Source: Laetmonice hystrix (Eukaryota). Taken from it: a stretch of DNA of 64,000 nucleotides. The position numbers were made by a program, and so were the translations under genes. The stretch spans positions 1,984,001 to 2,048,000 of the forward strand of contig OZ249452.1 in the NCBI GenBank assembly GCA_965235115.1, written 5' to 3'. The first letter of the stretch is position 1; every line of letters starts with the position of its first letter. Under the pieces are notes generated by a model that ran no database searches, was not told the origin of the DNA, and saw nothing but the letters and a program-made list of their open reading frames with translations. Shown piece after piece: positions 1-12,940 of this stretch.

Positions 1-941
1 AGTAAATGTAATAACCGACGTGTATGTATGTGTATATCGTAAACACTCTCTGTTCACGATGTCGTAGTAAATGTAATAACCGACGTGTATGTATGTGTAT
101 ATCGTAAACACTCTCTGTTCACGATGTCGTAGTAAATGTAATAACCGACGTGTATGTATGTGTATATCGTAAACACTCTCTGTTCACGATGTCGTAGTAA
201 ATGTAATAACCGACGTGTATGTATGTGTATATCGTAAACACTCTCTGTTCACCAGATGTCGTAGTAAATGTAATAACCGACGTGTATGTATGTGTATATC
301 GTAAACACTCTCTGTTCACGATGTCGTAGTAAATGTAATAACTGACGTGTATGTATGTGTATATCGTAAACACTCTCTGTTCACGATGTCGTAGTAAATG
401 TAATAACTGACGTGTATGTATGTGTATATCGTAAACACTCTCTGTTCACCAGATGTCGTAGTAAATGTAATAACCGACGTGTATGTATGTGTATATCGTA
501 AACACTCTCTGTTCACCAGATGTCGTAGTAAATGTAATAACCGACGTGTATGTATGTGTATATCGTAAACACTCTCTGTTCACGATGTCGTAGTAAATGT
601 AATAACCGACGTGTATGTATGTGTATATCGTAAACACTCTCTGTTCACCAGATGTCGTAGTAAATGTAATAACCGACGTGTATGTATGTGTATATCGTAA
701 ACACTCTCTGTTCACGATGTCGTAGTAAATGTAATAACCGACGTGTATGTATGTGTATATCGTAAACACTCTCTGTTCACCAGATGTCGTAGTAAATGTA
801 ATAACCGACGAGCATGTATGTGTATATCGTAAACACTCTCTGTTCACGATGTCGTAGTAAATGTAATAACCGACGTGTATGTATGTGTATATCGTAAACA
901 CTCTCTGTTCACGATGTCGTAGTAAATGTAATAACCGACGT
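1..941. repeat. Minisatellite, 65-bp unit (67-bp variant), about 14 copies, truncated at window start
   Basis: Unit AGTAAATGTAATAACCGACGTGTATGTATGTGTATATCGTAAACACTCTCTGTTCACGATGTCGT; some copies carry a CA insertion (CACCAGAT). Confidence 0.97.
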
Positions 942-1087
942 GCAACCAGCAAGAGGTCTACACAGACGATAAATATACTCAGGTAGTGTTATATGGGTGG
1001 GGTTTTCTCACCAGCCGGTACAAGGCCGCTCCACCGGCCTGACACGTGCAGTGTCCATCCCTCCCATACTCTGCACACACCCCAACG

Positions 1088-2060
1088 GGTCGGGTCCCGG
1101 CCCTCCCGGACTGAGTACACACCGACCCCGGCGGAGGTCGTGTCGGTCTCCCCGGCCCTCCCGGAGTGAGTACACACCGACTCCGGCGGAGGTCGGGTCC
1201 CGGCCCTCCCGGAGTGAGTACACACCGACCCCGGCGGAGGTCGTGTCCCGGCCCTCCCGGAGTGAGTACACACCGACCCCGGCGGAGGTCGTGTCCCGGC
1301 CCTCCCGGACTGAGTACACACCGACCCCGGCGGAGGTCGTGTCCCGGCCCTCCCGGAGTGAACACACACCGACCCCGGCGGAGGTCGTGTCCCGGCCCTC
1401 CCGGAGTGAGTACACACCGACCCCGGCGGAGGTCGTGTCCCGGCCCTCCCGGACTGAGTACACACCGACCCCGGCGGAGGTCGTGTCCCGGCCCTCCCGG
1501 AGTGAACACACACCGACCCCGGCGGAGGTCGGGTCCCGGCCCTCCCGGAGGGAGTACACCGACCCCGGCGGAGGTCGTGTCCCGGCCCTCCCGGAGGGAG
1601 CACACACCGACTCCGGCGGAGGTCGTGTCCCGGCCCTCCCGGAGTGAGCACACACCGACCACGGCGGAGGTCGTGTCCCGGCCCTCCCGGAGTGAACACA
1701 CACCGACCCCGGCGGAGGTCGTGTCCCGGCCCTCCCGGAGGAAGTACACCGACCCCGGCGGAGGTCGTGTCCCGGCCCTCCCGGACTGAGTACACACCGA
1801 CCACGGCGGAGGTCGTGTCCCGGCCCTCCCGGAGGGAGTACACCGACCCGGCGGAGGTCGTGTCCCGGCCCTCCCGGACTGAGTACACACCGACCACGGC
1901 GGAGGTCGTGTCGGTCTCCCCGGCCCTCCCGGAGTGAACACACACCGACCCCGGCGGAGGTCGTGTCGGTCTCCCCGGCCCTCCCGGAGAGAGTACACAC
2001 CGACCCGGCGGTGGCCGTGTCCCGGAGAGAGTACACCCCGCCCTCCCGGCCCTCCCGGCC
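1088..2060. repeat. GC-rich minisatellite, 48-bp unit, about 19-20 copies
   Basis: Unit TCCCGGCCCTCCCGGAGTGAGTACACACCGACCCCGGCGGAGGTCGTG with indel variants; explains the stacked ORFs at 979-2109. Confidence 0.96.
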
Positions 2061-3170
2061 GACAGCCCCGGTCACATACGCCCGACACCATCCCGCCTCT
2101 CCCCGTCACCTCATCTCCCCATTATAACCTCATTATAATTAAAGCATTGCTGGCTATTGTTACACAGGAGACTGTTGTTAATTGTCATGTATTGTCGACA
2201 GGAACCCACCTTCCCCCTCCGCTCCCCCTTTCCTTGCTCTGTGTAATTTGACGACGGGTTTCTCGCTCGGAGACCGGCCGGCGGGGGTGTGTCGTCCCCG
2301 GCCTGCCCCCGCCGACACCCCGGCTGTGATAATCCCCACCCTCCCGGTCTCCCTCTCCCGTGGTGTTCTCATTATTGGGCCAACACCTCGGCCTCTCCCG
2401 GCATACGTAACTCCGACACCTTGCTCATATAGGATAATTAGGACGCCATTGGACTACCCCCCCCCCGCCTCAACTTATCGGTTAATGTGACGCTCAAGAT
2501 GGGAGCTCGTCTATATCAAAGATGAATCCCTTATACATGAGGGGGGGGGGCAACTTCAAACATTCACTACGGGGGGGGGGGGGGTCTCAGCTGGTGCAAA
2601 TAAGCCTTTCAAATTTGTTGTTAAGTACAAGTTACTAATAATGTCATTCCTGTGAACATATACGACTGCATCGTAAACCAATCTTGACGACCAGTTGAAT
2701 CAAATATCTCCAGAACGTTTCTGACAAAAATCAATACCTTTATCTCGATGTATATTTGATGGCACGTGGAGCAAGGTGAGTCGGTGATATAACACGTGCA
2801 AACGTCTGGACAGCAATACGCTCGACCGACATTTTACTATCGATTCTCATCAATAATTTACATTTATCTCCTCATTTCCCTGCATAAACCATCGTCTCAC
2901 TTTCTCTGCATTTTACCCCGAATACTCTGCCACGTTACTGGGGGAATATATTTATAATGTTTCTTTATTTCAATTTTTTCCTTCAGGAATTAATGACCAT
3001 GGTTGAAATAAGAACATAGAAGAGGGCGCATTCTCAGTATATGTTTTAGCCCGTTCATATATTATATAGTTTATATTCATTAGTAACTGAATTGGTTTGG
3101 ATTATATATATTAGGTATATCTATATAATGCACAACAGTATCATTATGTATAATTCTGATCTTAAACTAA

Positions 3171-3451
3171 GAGTATAATGCTTCCTTATCTTACAGTGCG
3201 GAGTATAATACTTCTTTACCTTACAGTGCGGAGTATAATACTTCTTTACCTTACAGTGCGGAGTATAACACTTCTTTACCTTACAGTGCGGAGTATAACA
3301 CTTCTTTACCTTACAGTGCGGAGTATAACACTTCTTTACCTTACAGTGCGGAGTATAACACTTCTTTACCTTACAGTGGGGAGTATAATACTTCTTTACC
3401 TTACAGTGCGGAGTATAATACTTCTTTACCTTACAGTGCGGAGTATAATAC
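3171..3451. repeat. Minisatellite, 30-bp unit, about 9 copies
   Basis: Unit CTTCTTTACCTTACAGTGCGGAGTATAATA; first copy diverged. Confidence 0.96.
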
Positions 3452-4410
3452 CTGAGAAGGAAATCACCTGATGCGATACTGACATATTCTTGGTATCCTC
3501 TAGGGGGTAGTATATGGTAATACGTCATTAGATAGGAAAATGATAGGATATATTATCCGTGTGACGACCATGTACATTGCCGCTCGCTCCCCGCAGATAC
3601 CAGTCTCGGGGTCAGACGGAAAAATACTCTTGTCATATCAACCAGTATATCTTCGTCATACGTTGCCCTCAGCCCGCCCACTTAGGGTCAGAGATATACG
3701 AGTTAACCACTCATCTCTTGGTGGAATCCTCGGACCATCATGGCACCCACCGCCCACCGAACATCCTCCTACCTATCGCCCACAGTTTTGGGCGGGAAAG
3801 GGGCGCTCTGTGCAGACGACATTTTTACAGCTATAATTTGGCCGGTGTAGGGGGAGATCTGTAATTATTGAGGGAGGGTCCCTTTGTCGGTGGAAGGGTT
3901 AGGACCAAGAGATGTGGACAGGAAGACAGGAGGACAGGGAGGGCGTTATAGGTGGACGCGGTGTTGGGTGAACAGTTGGTGGTCAGGACACAACATTGCC
4001 CTATCAAAGTTATAAGGTGTCGGCGCTTTACTTACACACAGACTGCACGGCTCGTCAAACCGCGCTCAGCCTCATTAGACATATGTCGAATCTGGGATCA
4101 CTGCCACCAAATGGTCAGAACAAATGAAGAGTAGATCTAGAATATACTGATCTGAATATACTTGGTGTACCTGGCGGGGGAGGGGTCCTTATGGTATATA
4201 ATATACAGGTGTATAGATTTCTATGATTTCACCATGTGACATTTTTGAGGTCTTATTCTATCTGTCTTAGCCAAATAGACTTTCCTGGGTCATCATCTCT
4301 TTCAATCTTGGCCTACTAATAAATATTTTATGTTCTCATCAGGGGAAGCAAAACGCCTTGGAAAACATTTAATGCTGTATAGTTACATGGTTAGACTCTA
4401 CACACATATG

Positions 4411-4466
4411 TGTAGGCCTATGTAAATGTATATGTAGGCCTATGTAAATGTATATGTAGGCCTATG
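4411..4466. repeat. Short tandem repeat, 22-bp unit, about 2.5 copies
   Basis: GTAGGCCTATGTAAATGTATAT, with TAGGCCTA at 4413, 4435 and 4457. Confidence 0.9.
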
Positions 4467-7400
4467 GTAATCGGGATACAAGGCAAATAGGGACCACATA
4501 GGCCTACCTGATTTAGCCAGTAAATTATCTATGAAAAGATAAGATCGTAGGCCTACACATATCTAAGAAACTCACCAAAAAAAGGATTGAATAAAAGCGC
4601 TCATATATCATTTAGAAGCGAACCTCTTTTATTAGAAGAGTGTGGTGCAGTCTGGTTTGGCGGTGAGCGGATGTTGGAACGCCCAAAGGTTCGATTGTTA
4701 GATGAAGAGAGGGGTTGTATATATCGGGCGTGGTCATGTACAGTGCCGATATCACGCCTTGTCTGGGACGTCATCAGTAGCACACATACAAGGGTGGACA
4801 GCGGCTATCGGCCCCCTTTGAGTCGACCCCTAGATCGTCCCGGATACTGTATTATCCCCCACCTGTGCCGCCATCAGCGGTACCCTTGATGTTCCCCGAC
4901 TTAATGATCACCTACACACCGGCCCGGCTCGCCACCGCATCCGGGCAGCTGATGCCATGGTTACCGGCAGCACCCGTATGTACGTACGGCCGACAGCCCA
5001 GCGACGGCGGTCTACGACACCGTCTGGGCGATCGGAGGGCAGCACTGCTCTCCGACCGCTATACACAACACATGGCGGGCATTGGCAGCAGTAACACAAA
5101 CAAAACAGATGGTATAGTCATTTCGCCAACTGAATTAGAGGGTCACTCTGTAAATGTTTACTCATGGATTATAGGCCTAGTATACGATGATCGAGTATTT
5201 TCCTTCAAATATACCAGAAAAATTCTCTGAGTATATATAGGCATGACAGCATGCGTGATGAGGAACGAGAGAGAGAAATACGTCAATACTTGATGCAGTG
5301 TGTCGGAGCTGGTGGTTAGACAGTATATAGATTGACGGCCTATAGGATTGAAGGCCAAATCGGGCACGTATATATATTCTAGACTCCCTGCATTTATACC
5401 ATCAATCTATCCTGTAATCATCAATGAATGTACTAGGCCTACTCACGCGAGATGTACTAGGCCTACTCACGCCGAGAATTCCCCCTTGTTTAAACAAGTA
5501 GGCCTACGTCCTATTATAATGATACAGCGAGTCAGTTTTAGCGAGGGTCAACGAGTTCATGTTGACAAGTGCACTTAACTGTCTCGACTCAAGATGGGGG
5601 AACTTTTTTTTCCCTGCTGACCATTAACAGTTGACCACAATTGCACTTATTAATTGGTAAATTATCATGCATGCATGCGAAGCGATTGGTGGTAGAAGTA
5701 GACATGGTTAGAAACGCCGATTGTGACGAGCAGACGTTATCTCGCAGTCATATCTTGGCGGGACAGTCGACTCGTAGATGACAGCACGCGCCGAGAATTC
5801 ATGCGTCGAACGTCATAATTTGGGCAGACGACCGACTTATAATTTTCATGTTTGTTTGTGACCACTTCACGCTTCTCTACTCGCCACAGAATGGCTACTA
5901 AAGGTAGAACAGTGTCGATAACATCACCGACTGACGGTAAATGTAAGTGACTTGTTTTGCCCCCGAGGAAAACCTAAATTGGCGTCGACGGTGACGACCT
6001 ATTTGTGTAGGCATATATTGTGCGGGCTCTTAGTCCAAATTTACCGGCATCTTAGGAACATCCTGGTCTGTTGTAAGTAGGTCTAATGACTTACCTTTGC
6101 GGCAAATGCACATCTGCAATTTAGGAACATTGGAAAGCAAATAGCCGAGGGCCAACTGTAGAGTGCCCTCCGATACACCTGCCTTGTACAGTATTTCATA
6201 TGCGATGTTTCAATTCATTATCGCGGTCCAGCACCTATCTCTTGAGACGGCTATTGTTGGGCTGTTAATCCTCATATATATTCCAAAGTAAATCGAATCT
6301 CTTCTACTTTCAAGATTGCACCCTGGGTTTAATTGTGCATGTCCATAAGCCTATCAGTTAAGATTACATTGGATGAATGGGGATTAGAAGTTAAGCACCA
6401 GCCCACTCTTGTACTAGGCTTGTAATCCAATAGTTGCACTTCTGTTCGGTACAATCTATGTTTCCATTACCACGCTTCAGTAAAAGCTGTCTGTTTTAAG
6501 TGTTTGGTAAAATGGAAACGTGTCATCGGAAACGACATCACATCTGGTAGACTGGAAACAGATACTTGGAGCAGCAAGGGACACTCTCAACCCCAGCCCA
6601 ATACCCCACCCAGCGTCCCCCAATACCCCACCTAGCGTCCTGTCGCATAGCCCAGCCTTGTAAACGTTACAAACCATTTGTGAAGAAACTATTACACCAT
6701 TGTGATATCAAGTTATAGGTCAAATCTCCGTCTTTTTATCGTCCATAAAGAGCGTCTAGCGTATATAAAGGTATTTCTGGAGAGACAAGATCTGTCGATT
6801 AGGATCAACGTATTATAAGAATCCTCCTGTGTGCACCCTTTCCTTGATGGCGTATCGAGTCTATAACTAAAGAACCGATGTAATAGCGGACCACCATCTC
6901 TAACACCACGAACTGGATGCTCACTTCCCGTGCCAGCCCCACATGTCAGGGTGTACAGCACTATGACTGACATGATAACATATATTTATAATCATATATA
7001 AACATGCTAACAATTGGGCGCTATCAGCGGGGCCGATACAAGTCCGTCTCGCAATAAACGCCGCGTCCCCAACGATACCACATCCGGGCACGAACAGACG
7101 ACGTCATTATTCGAGCAGACGAACTTTAGAGCTTTCTGTCAGGCGCGTGCAATTGATGATTGCGCTGCAAACAGGCGAACAAACGTCCACCATGTTGGAT
7201 TCAATAGCTGGGTCCTAGAGGTCGTGGTCCGGTGTGGATTGGGTTGTTACTACGTCTTGTGGGGCGGTGACTATAGAGATTTGATTGATCAAAGCTACCC
7301 GTCAACACGAGCACAGGTGCAGGGTCGATAGGATTGCGATAAGGCAATGTATGATCAAATTACCATGAGTACCTTTAAATGGAATATAGGGGTTACAGTG

Positions 7401-7467
7401 ATTATTAGTATGAGGTAGGCGTGTATACATTATATCCATCGTATAGTGGTATCTATATGTCAGCGGA

Positions 7468-7544
7468 TCTTTCCTTTTCTTCATCCTCTTCTTCTCCTTC
7501 TCCTTCTTCTCCTTCTTCTTCTTCTCCTTCTTCTTTTTCTTCTT
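7468..7544. repeat. Degenerate (CTT/CTC)n polypyrimidine microsatellite
   Basis: Almost pure pyrimidine run TTCTTCTCCTTC...; encodes the spurious poly-E/K stretches in minus-strand ORFs. Confidence 0.9.
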
Positions 7545-7570
7545 GCGCCGGTAGAGCATCATTGTACAAC

Positions 7571-7864
7571 AAAACATGAACTGTGACAGGACCTGGTATA
7601 CATCCCGTGGGCAAAACATGAACTGTGACAGGACCTGGTATACATCCCGTGGACATAACATGAACTGTGACAGGACCTGGTATACATCCCGTGGACAAAA
7701 CGTGAACTGTGACAGGACCTGGTATACATCCCGTGGACAAAACGTGAACTGTGACAGGACCTGGTATACATCCCGTGGACAAAACGTGAACTGTGACAGG
7801 ACCTGGTATACATCCCGTGGACAAAACATGAACTGTGACAGGACCTGGTATACATCCCGTGGAC
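7571..7864. repeat. Minisatellite, 42-bp unit, 7 copies
   Basis: Unit AAAACATGAACTGTGACAGGACCTGGTATACATCCCGTGGAC. Confidence 0.97.
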
Positions 7865-8809
7865 GGAGGGATAAACATCGAGCCTGTACAATTTAAAGCA
7901 AGAGGGGCTGGGCCCCCTTGGCTCGCCAATGATAAGAAAACCTTACATTAATATGGTTTTTGGCCACTGTTGATCTTCATATAGCATCCCAGCACTGAGA
8001 AGTGTGGCTGGTGTCCCACCCCCTAACGATTTTCTGATTACGCCGCCGGGATGGACAGTCAGGGGAGCAGATGGGACTCGAAACGAGGCTGAACAAAGAC
8101 GCGCGCCGCCATTAAACGTTCAAAACGGCTGCCGAAAGTACGGCTCGGCCTTTTAAAACGGCCACGTCTGTCTGTGGCGAGGGGAGGGTGGGACAAGGGC
8201 TTGACGACTCGGCCAGGGCGTTGTTTGCAGCCATAACAATGTACTTGTGGTGAGACCAACAAAAAGAGTCATGTTGCCAATTACGAACGTCAGGAAAGGT
8301 GTCACATCTGTGGGGTCGATAAGATCTGGTGGAATGGTTGGCGAGATCTCGGCGCGACACGAGCTACCTACTCACAGCAGTATGTACCTTGTGTGAACTG
8401 CATCGAGACACGGCTATCTGCCACACTTGTAGAAACTGGTGGACTTCTGACGCATCGCATTGAACGTGTCATCTGTCATGGTCCATAATCGTGTCAACTT
8501 CATTGTGTGAAAAATATTAGTTTTTGATGCATGCATTGGTCTATCCTTGACGTGAATACATGTATGTATATTACCTATATGGTTCTGGGGGATGTCATCT
8601 TTCTCGTTCTGGGGCCCCTGGACCCCGCTCAGAACCCGCTCAGAACCCCCACCCCACCCCACCCCACCTCCACCCCCACCCTACCCCCACCCCATCAGGG
8701 CCCCTGATGCGCTGGCGATGATCATTTCGTGGTGAAATGAGCGGTTTTTGTGGTGCTCCATCACAATTAGCACCGATTGTGGCTGAGCCGAGCTCTCTCC
8801 GGACCCTCA

Positions 8810-9313
8810 CTGTCAGTATGCTCCCGTCCCCATGGACTGGGTCCTGTCAGTGTGCTCCCGTCCCCATGGACTGGGTCCTGTCAGTGTGCTCCCGTCCCCA
8901 TGGACTGGGTCCTGTCAGTGTGCTCCCGTCCCCATGGACTGGGTCCTGTCAGTGTGCTCCCGTCCCCATGGACTGGGTCCTGTCAGTGTGCTCCCGTCCC
9001 CATGGACTGGGTCCTGTCAGTGTGCTCCCGTCCCCATGGACTGGGTCCTGTCAGTGTGCTCCCGTCCCCATGGACTGGGTCCTGTCAGTGTGCTCCCGTC
9101 CCCATGGACTACACTGGTCCTGTCAGTGTGCTCCCGTCCCCATGGACTGGGTCCTGTCAGTGTGCTCCCGTCCCCATGGACTGGGTCCTGTCAGTGTGCT
9201 CCCGTCCCCATGGACTGGGTCCTGTCAGTGTGCTCCCGTCCCCATGGACTGGGTCCTGTCAGTGTGCTCCCGTCCCCATGGACTGGGTCCTGTCAGTGTG
9301 CTCCCGTCCCCAT
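8810..9313. repeat. Minisatellite, 34-bp unit, about 15 copies
   Basis: Unit CTGTCAGTGTGCTCCCGTCCCCATGGACTGGGTC; near-identical copies, one with a small insertion near 9110. Confidence 0.97.
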
Positions 9314-9314
9314 C

Positions 9315-9618
9315 ACAATACAATGAAACCATGCACGTATACATATATAACAATACAATGAAACCATGCACGTATACATATATAACAATACAATGAAACC
9401 ATGCACGTATACATATATAACAATACAATGAAACCATGCACGTATACATATATAACAATGCAATGAAACCATGCACGTATACATATATAACAATGCAATG
9501 AAACCATGCACGTATACATATATAACAATACAATGAAACCATGCACGTATACATATATAACAATACAATGAAACCATGCACGATATATAACAATGCAATG
9601 AAACCATGCACATATACA
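9315..9618. repeat. AT-rich minisatellite, 35-bp unit, about 8.5 copies, abutting the 34-bp array
   Basis: Unit ACAATACAATGAAACCATGCACGTATACATATATA. Confidence 0.96.
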
Positions 9619-12330
9619 TTGTATATATACCTATATATAATATATATGGATGTCAATATAAAGTGCAGGTTTCCGCTAGCGTTAAACCATCGACCAAACG
9701 TTAAACCTCTCCACGAATGACGGGTCATCGTAGCGTGAAGGCTGTGGTAAGAGGGTGGGGTAGGAGGGGTGGGGAAGGGGAGGTTGGGCGGAGGGGTTGG
9801 GGGTGGTCAGGAGAACGGGGTGGGGTAAGGGGGTGTGGAGGGCTATGGGACGGGGAGGGTAGGGGAGGGATGGGGTTGGCAACATGGGTGGAACCCTCCG
9901 TCCTCCCATCTCACACCCACCACTCCCGACTTGAACACCCTGTAATCGAATTATCTCTCGAGCATGGTCAAAGTACGACTTCCACTCAGGCTGAATCCAC
10001 CTTCACTAATCTGGTGTAGCCGCCTGTCTGCCCTCCCTGCCACACCCTCTCACCCGCCCGTATATACATGTACTCTCACACCAACCGCCCCAAAATCTCA
10101 AAGATAGTGTCATCTTTCCCAACCCTCATGTCATTTCACGGAGAGTCATTCAGATTAAGTGATGAGTGTGAGTTAGGGAACCTTTCCATTATAGTGAAAC
10201 CACTCAACACAACGATATGTCTATTACATGGCACTCATCCTCTAATAATCTTCTACATTCCCGTGTCTGTAATGAGATCAAAGGTCATGACCTGAGATCT
10301 GTTGGAATGACAGCGTCACGGAAACTACCTAACCTTCCGTTATCAACACCGTCACCGTGACGCCGACATAAACACATCCCACCTCCGATAGAAATCGCCA
10401 CCACCCGGCTATCGTCCGCCCAGTTCCAGCGGGCAAACTTTATCAAGATATTAGCTGACAATTTTTACCGAAATTTCAAACGGCAGCCCTCGTTTGTAAT
10501 CAGGGATGTAAGATCGGCGAAGAAAAGGGCGGACGCGGCGATCGCCTCCAGGGGGCGCCTTTCACTGAATGTCGTCTGTTTCAGAGAACGCGCGCCAAAC
10601 GCTGCGAGTCTTCCTGTCCTTTTCATTTGACGTCATTGTTCGATCGGAGACGCCGACAGAAAAACCAGGCCCTTACTCTGCTCTCCTCACAAAAGAAACT
10701 TGTAGTCAAAGAATGGGAGGAGTTGCTTGTATCCTTTGGGGTAGATTCTTAAAGATGGCACAAGAAAACAGAATTATAACGCATTTTGGGTCGGCTCAAA
10801 GGGTGTTGGCCACTCACAGCACGGGGTCGGCTCCTTGACTCCATGGGTTCCCGAGACAGGGATGGTCACCGACAAAAAACATAAGGCGTTCACAAAAAGT
10901 TTTTGTAGGAAATAAGCTCTCATCCGTATTTATATTACAAAGGAGTAGGGCGCGCGTGTGATGTTGGTCTATCAGATCTACTTATTTTGTACTCATTGTG
11001 ATTGGAGTTTGTGCTGTGGGGAATCAAAGAAAGAGGTAATTTGTAGAAAGAAAACGATGTATTTTGCCGCAATGTGCGGAAGGGTTGTATACATTTATAA
11101 ATGCACAGATTTGAAGTAGATACTTGAGGGACAATGAGAAGGAGGTCCGTTGTATTTGGACTAGGGATGCACATCGCCACAATGATGATATGAAAGTGTT
11201 GTGAAAATCAGATTTAGATCCCGGATCCTCTGGTCCTGGCCGAGTGATGAGATTTGCCTGCGACATCATGACCTTGACAGCTGTGATTGAGACAGCTCTA
11301 GGCTGTCACACCAATAACCATTGAGCTGGTCACCCTAACCCGTCAGTAACAAACTAAGAACAACACCGCCCACCGTCCGATCATCACTCGGGCCGACCCG
11401 CCACCGCTGCCCCGGGGCCATGGTCCGCCCGCCCGGCCTCCTTCACCGCGACCCGCCGCCGCCCCCAGGAGGGCGGGCAGCGGGCTCCATCGGCGTCAAC
11501 GGCGGCGCCGTCAACGACTGGCGGCTTTCTATAGAGTGGGGTAGTGACGGTCGGGGCCGGGCAGGCCGGGGGTCGGGGCCGGCGGGACGGGGCGGTCAGA
11601 CGGTCGCTCCCGGACAACCTCCCGATCAGCGGGGCGCGTCGGAGTACACGGCATGGGGTCCCGGCTTACTCAATACGCTGACTGAATTAACAAGATAATA
11701 ATTACAGTTGTAGAGGAGTTTTCTTTTCACGCGATGGCTAAAGGCTTGCGGGCAGAGACAGTGATTCAGCCATGCTCATCTGCCGAGCCTTTGTAAGCTA
11801 ACCTGCCAGTGATGTATCAGGGAAAAGGTTGGGTCTCTCGCCAGCCGGCTTGGGCCCGCCAGGGGGGATTTCAAACCTCGAGTTATCTTCATCAAGTATG
11901 ATGACGGTAGGCAGCGACAGCCAGGGCAGCGGGCCAGGCCGGACCGACCGACCGGGACCGGGTCAGTCAGTGCCCCGGGCAATCCCCCGTCAGCCTCGCG
12001 TGCATGGCCATGCTAAACGCCAACACGTGCGAGCTGAAATCTTTGCCTGTCGATCTGCTGTTCTCGGTTGAAGACTTCACGAAATGCCGTTAGAATTAAC
12101 ATTTGCTCGCCCAGGTGCACGTGCCGTGCGCGCCTCAACACGTGCGCCAACGCTGACCATGCCCTGAGTGCTATACTCAGTATATAACGTTTGGATATAT
12201 GTGCTGAGAGTTCATGTCCTGTACGTGTGTGTTCTAACAAAGACAATTCGCGAGTAGTAAGTTGCTCAATGTGTTTGTAAGAACCCTGTCGTGCACGGCG
12301 AGAGGAGACAAGACTTTCATCCCGTGTGGA

Positions 12331-12386
12331 CATGTACTTTGTTACATGTACTTTGTTACATGTACTTTGTTACATGTACTTTGTTA
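12331..12386. repeat. 14-bp tandem repeat, 4 copies
   Basis: CATGTACTTTGTTA x4. Confidence 0.93.
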
Positions 12387-12940
12387 GCCTCGCTGCTATA
12401 CCTGGCGTTGACGAGTGACGTATTCCCTCGGCTTGGATTTAGTATCAACTTTAAATGGTGCCCTTCTTTTATCGTCTGTAAGACCTAATGTTATACTTTT
12501 AACACAGTCATGTCAAGTTATACTTCATTTCTAATTCATTCATGCATTTATCCATTCATTTATTCATCTCACTAAATAAAAGTTTTTTAGGTTATAATGG
12601 CAGAGAAGGGGGACACAATCTCCGACATGGATATCTCTGAAACGATATCCTCATGTCCTTGTCTCGTCTAAACTCATTTCCTATCCACCGTATATCTTTA
12701 GTCGACATCGTTTTCATGGATGTTCATCAAAGTATTTTATTTTTCAGTCAAAACGAGAAGAAAATGTGCGGAATCAACATGTCAACACCAAGAATGATAA
12801 GTGGAGACAAGGAGTCAAGACTTGTTCTCGACCAACCGATACCGATCGGGGCCACTTGTCGAACATGTCCTGGGCTTCAATATTCCCTAAATGACCGAGG
12901 GACTTCAACAAACAGTTTCGGCTGCCAGCATGTAACTGTC

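Noticed and set aside
979-2109. Long ORFs over tandem arrays (also 18618-19772, 39831-40613, 49638-50573, 56441-57232, 58486-59625, 61185-61967, 63456-63999)
   Set aside because: They coincide with repeats, are open in several frames and on both strands at once, show no recognisable domain, and those checked start at GTG/TTG.
7411-7432. let-7-like start TGAGGTAG
   Set aside because: The match stops after 8 nt and there is no precursor hairpin.
7453-7929. 158-aa ORF with repeats and an acidic poly-E tail
   Set aside because: It has a TTG start and is built from the 42-bp array plus the (CTT)n microsatellite.
12013-12333. 106-aa minus-strand ORF that looks vaguely helical
   Set aside because: No recognisable family, motif or splice context; the length is compatible with chance.
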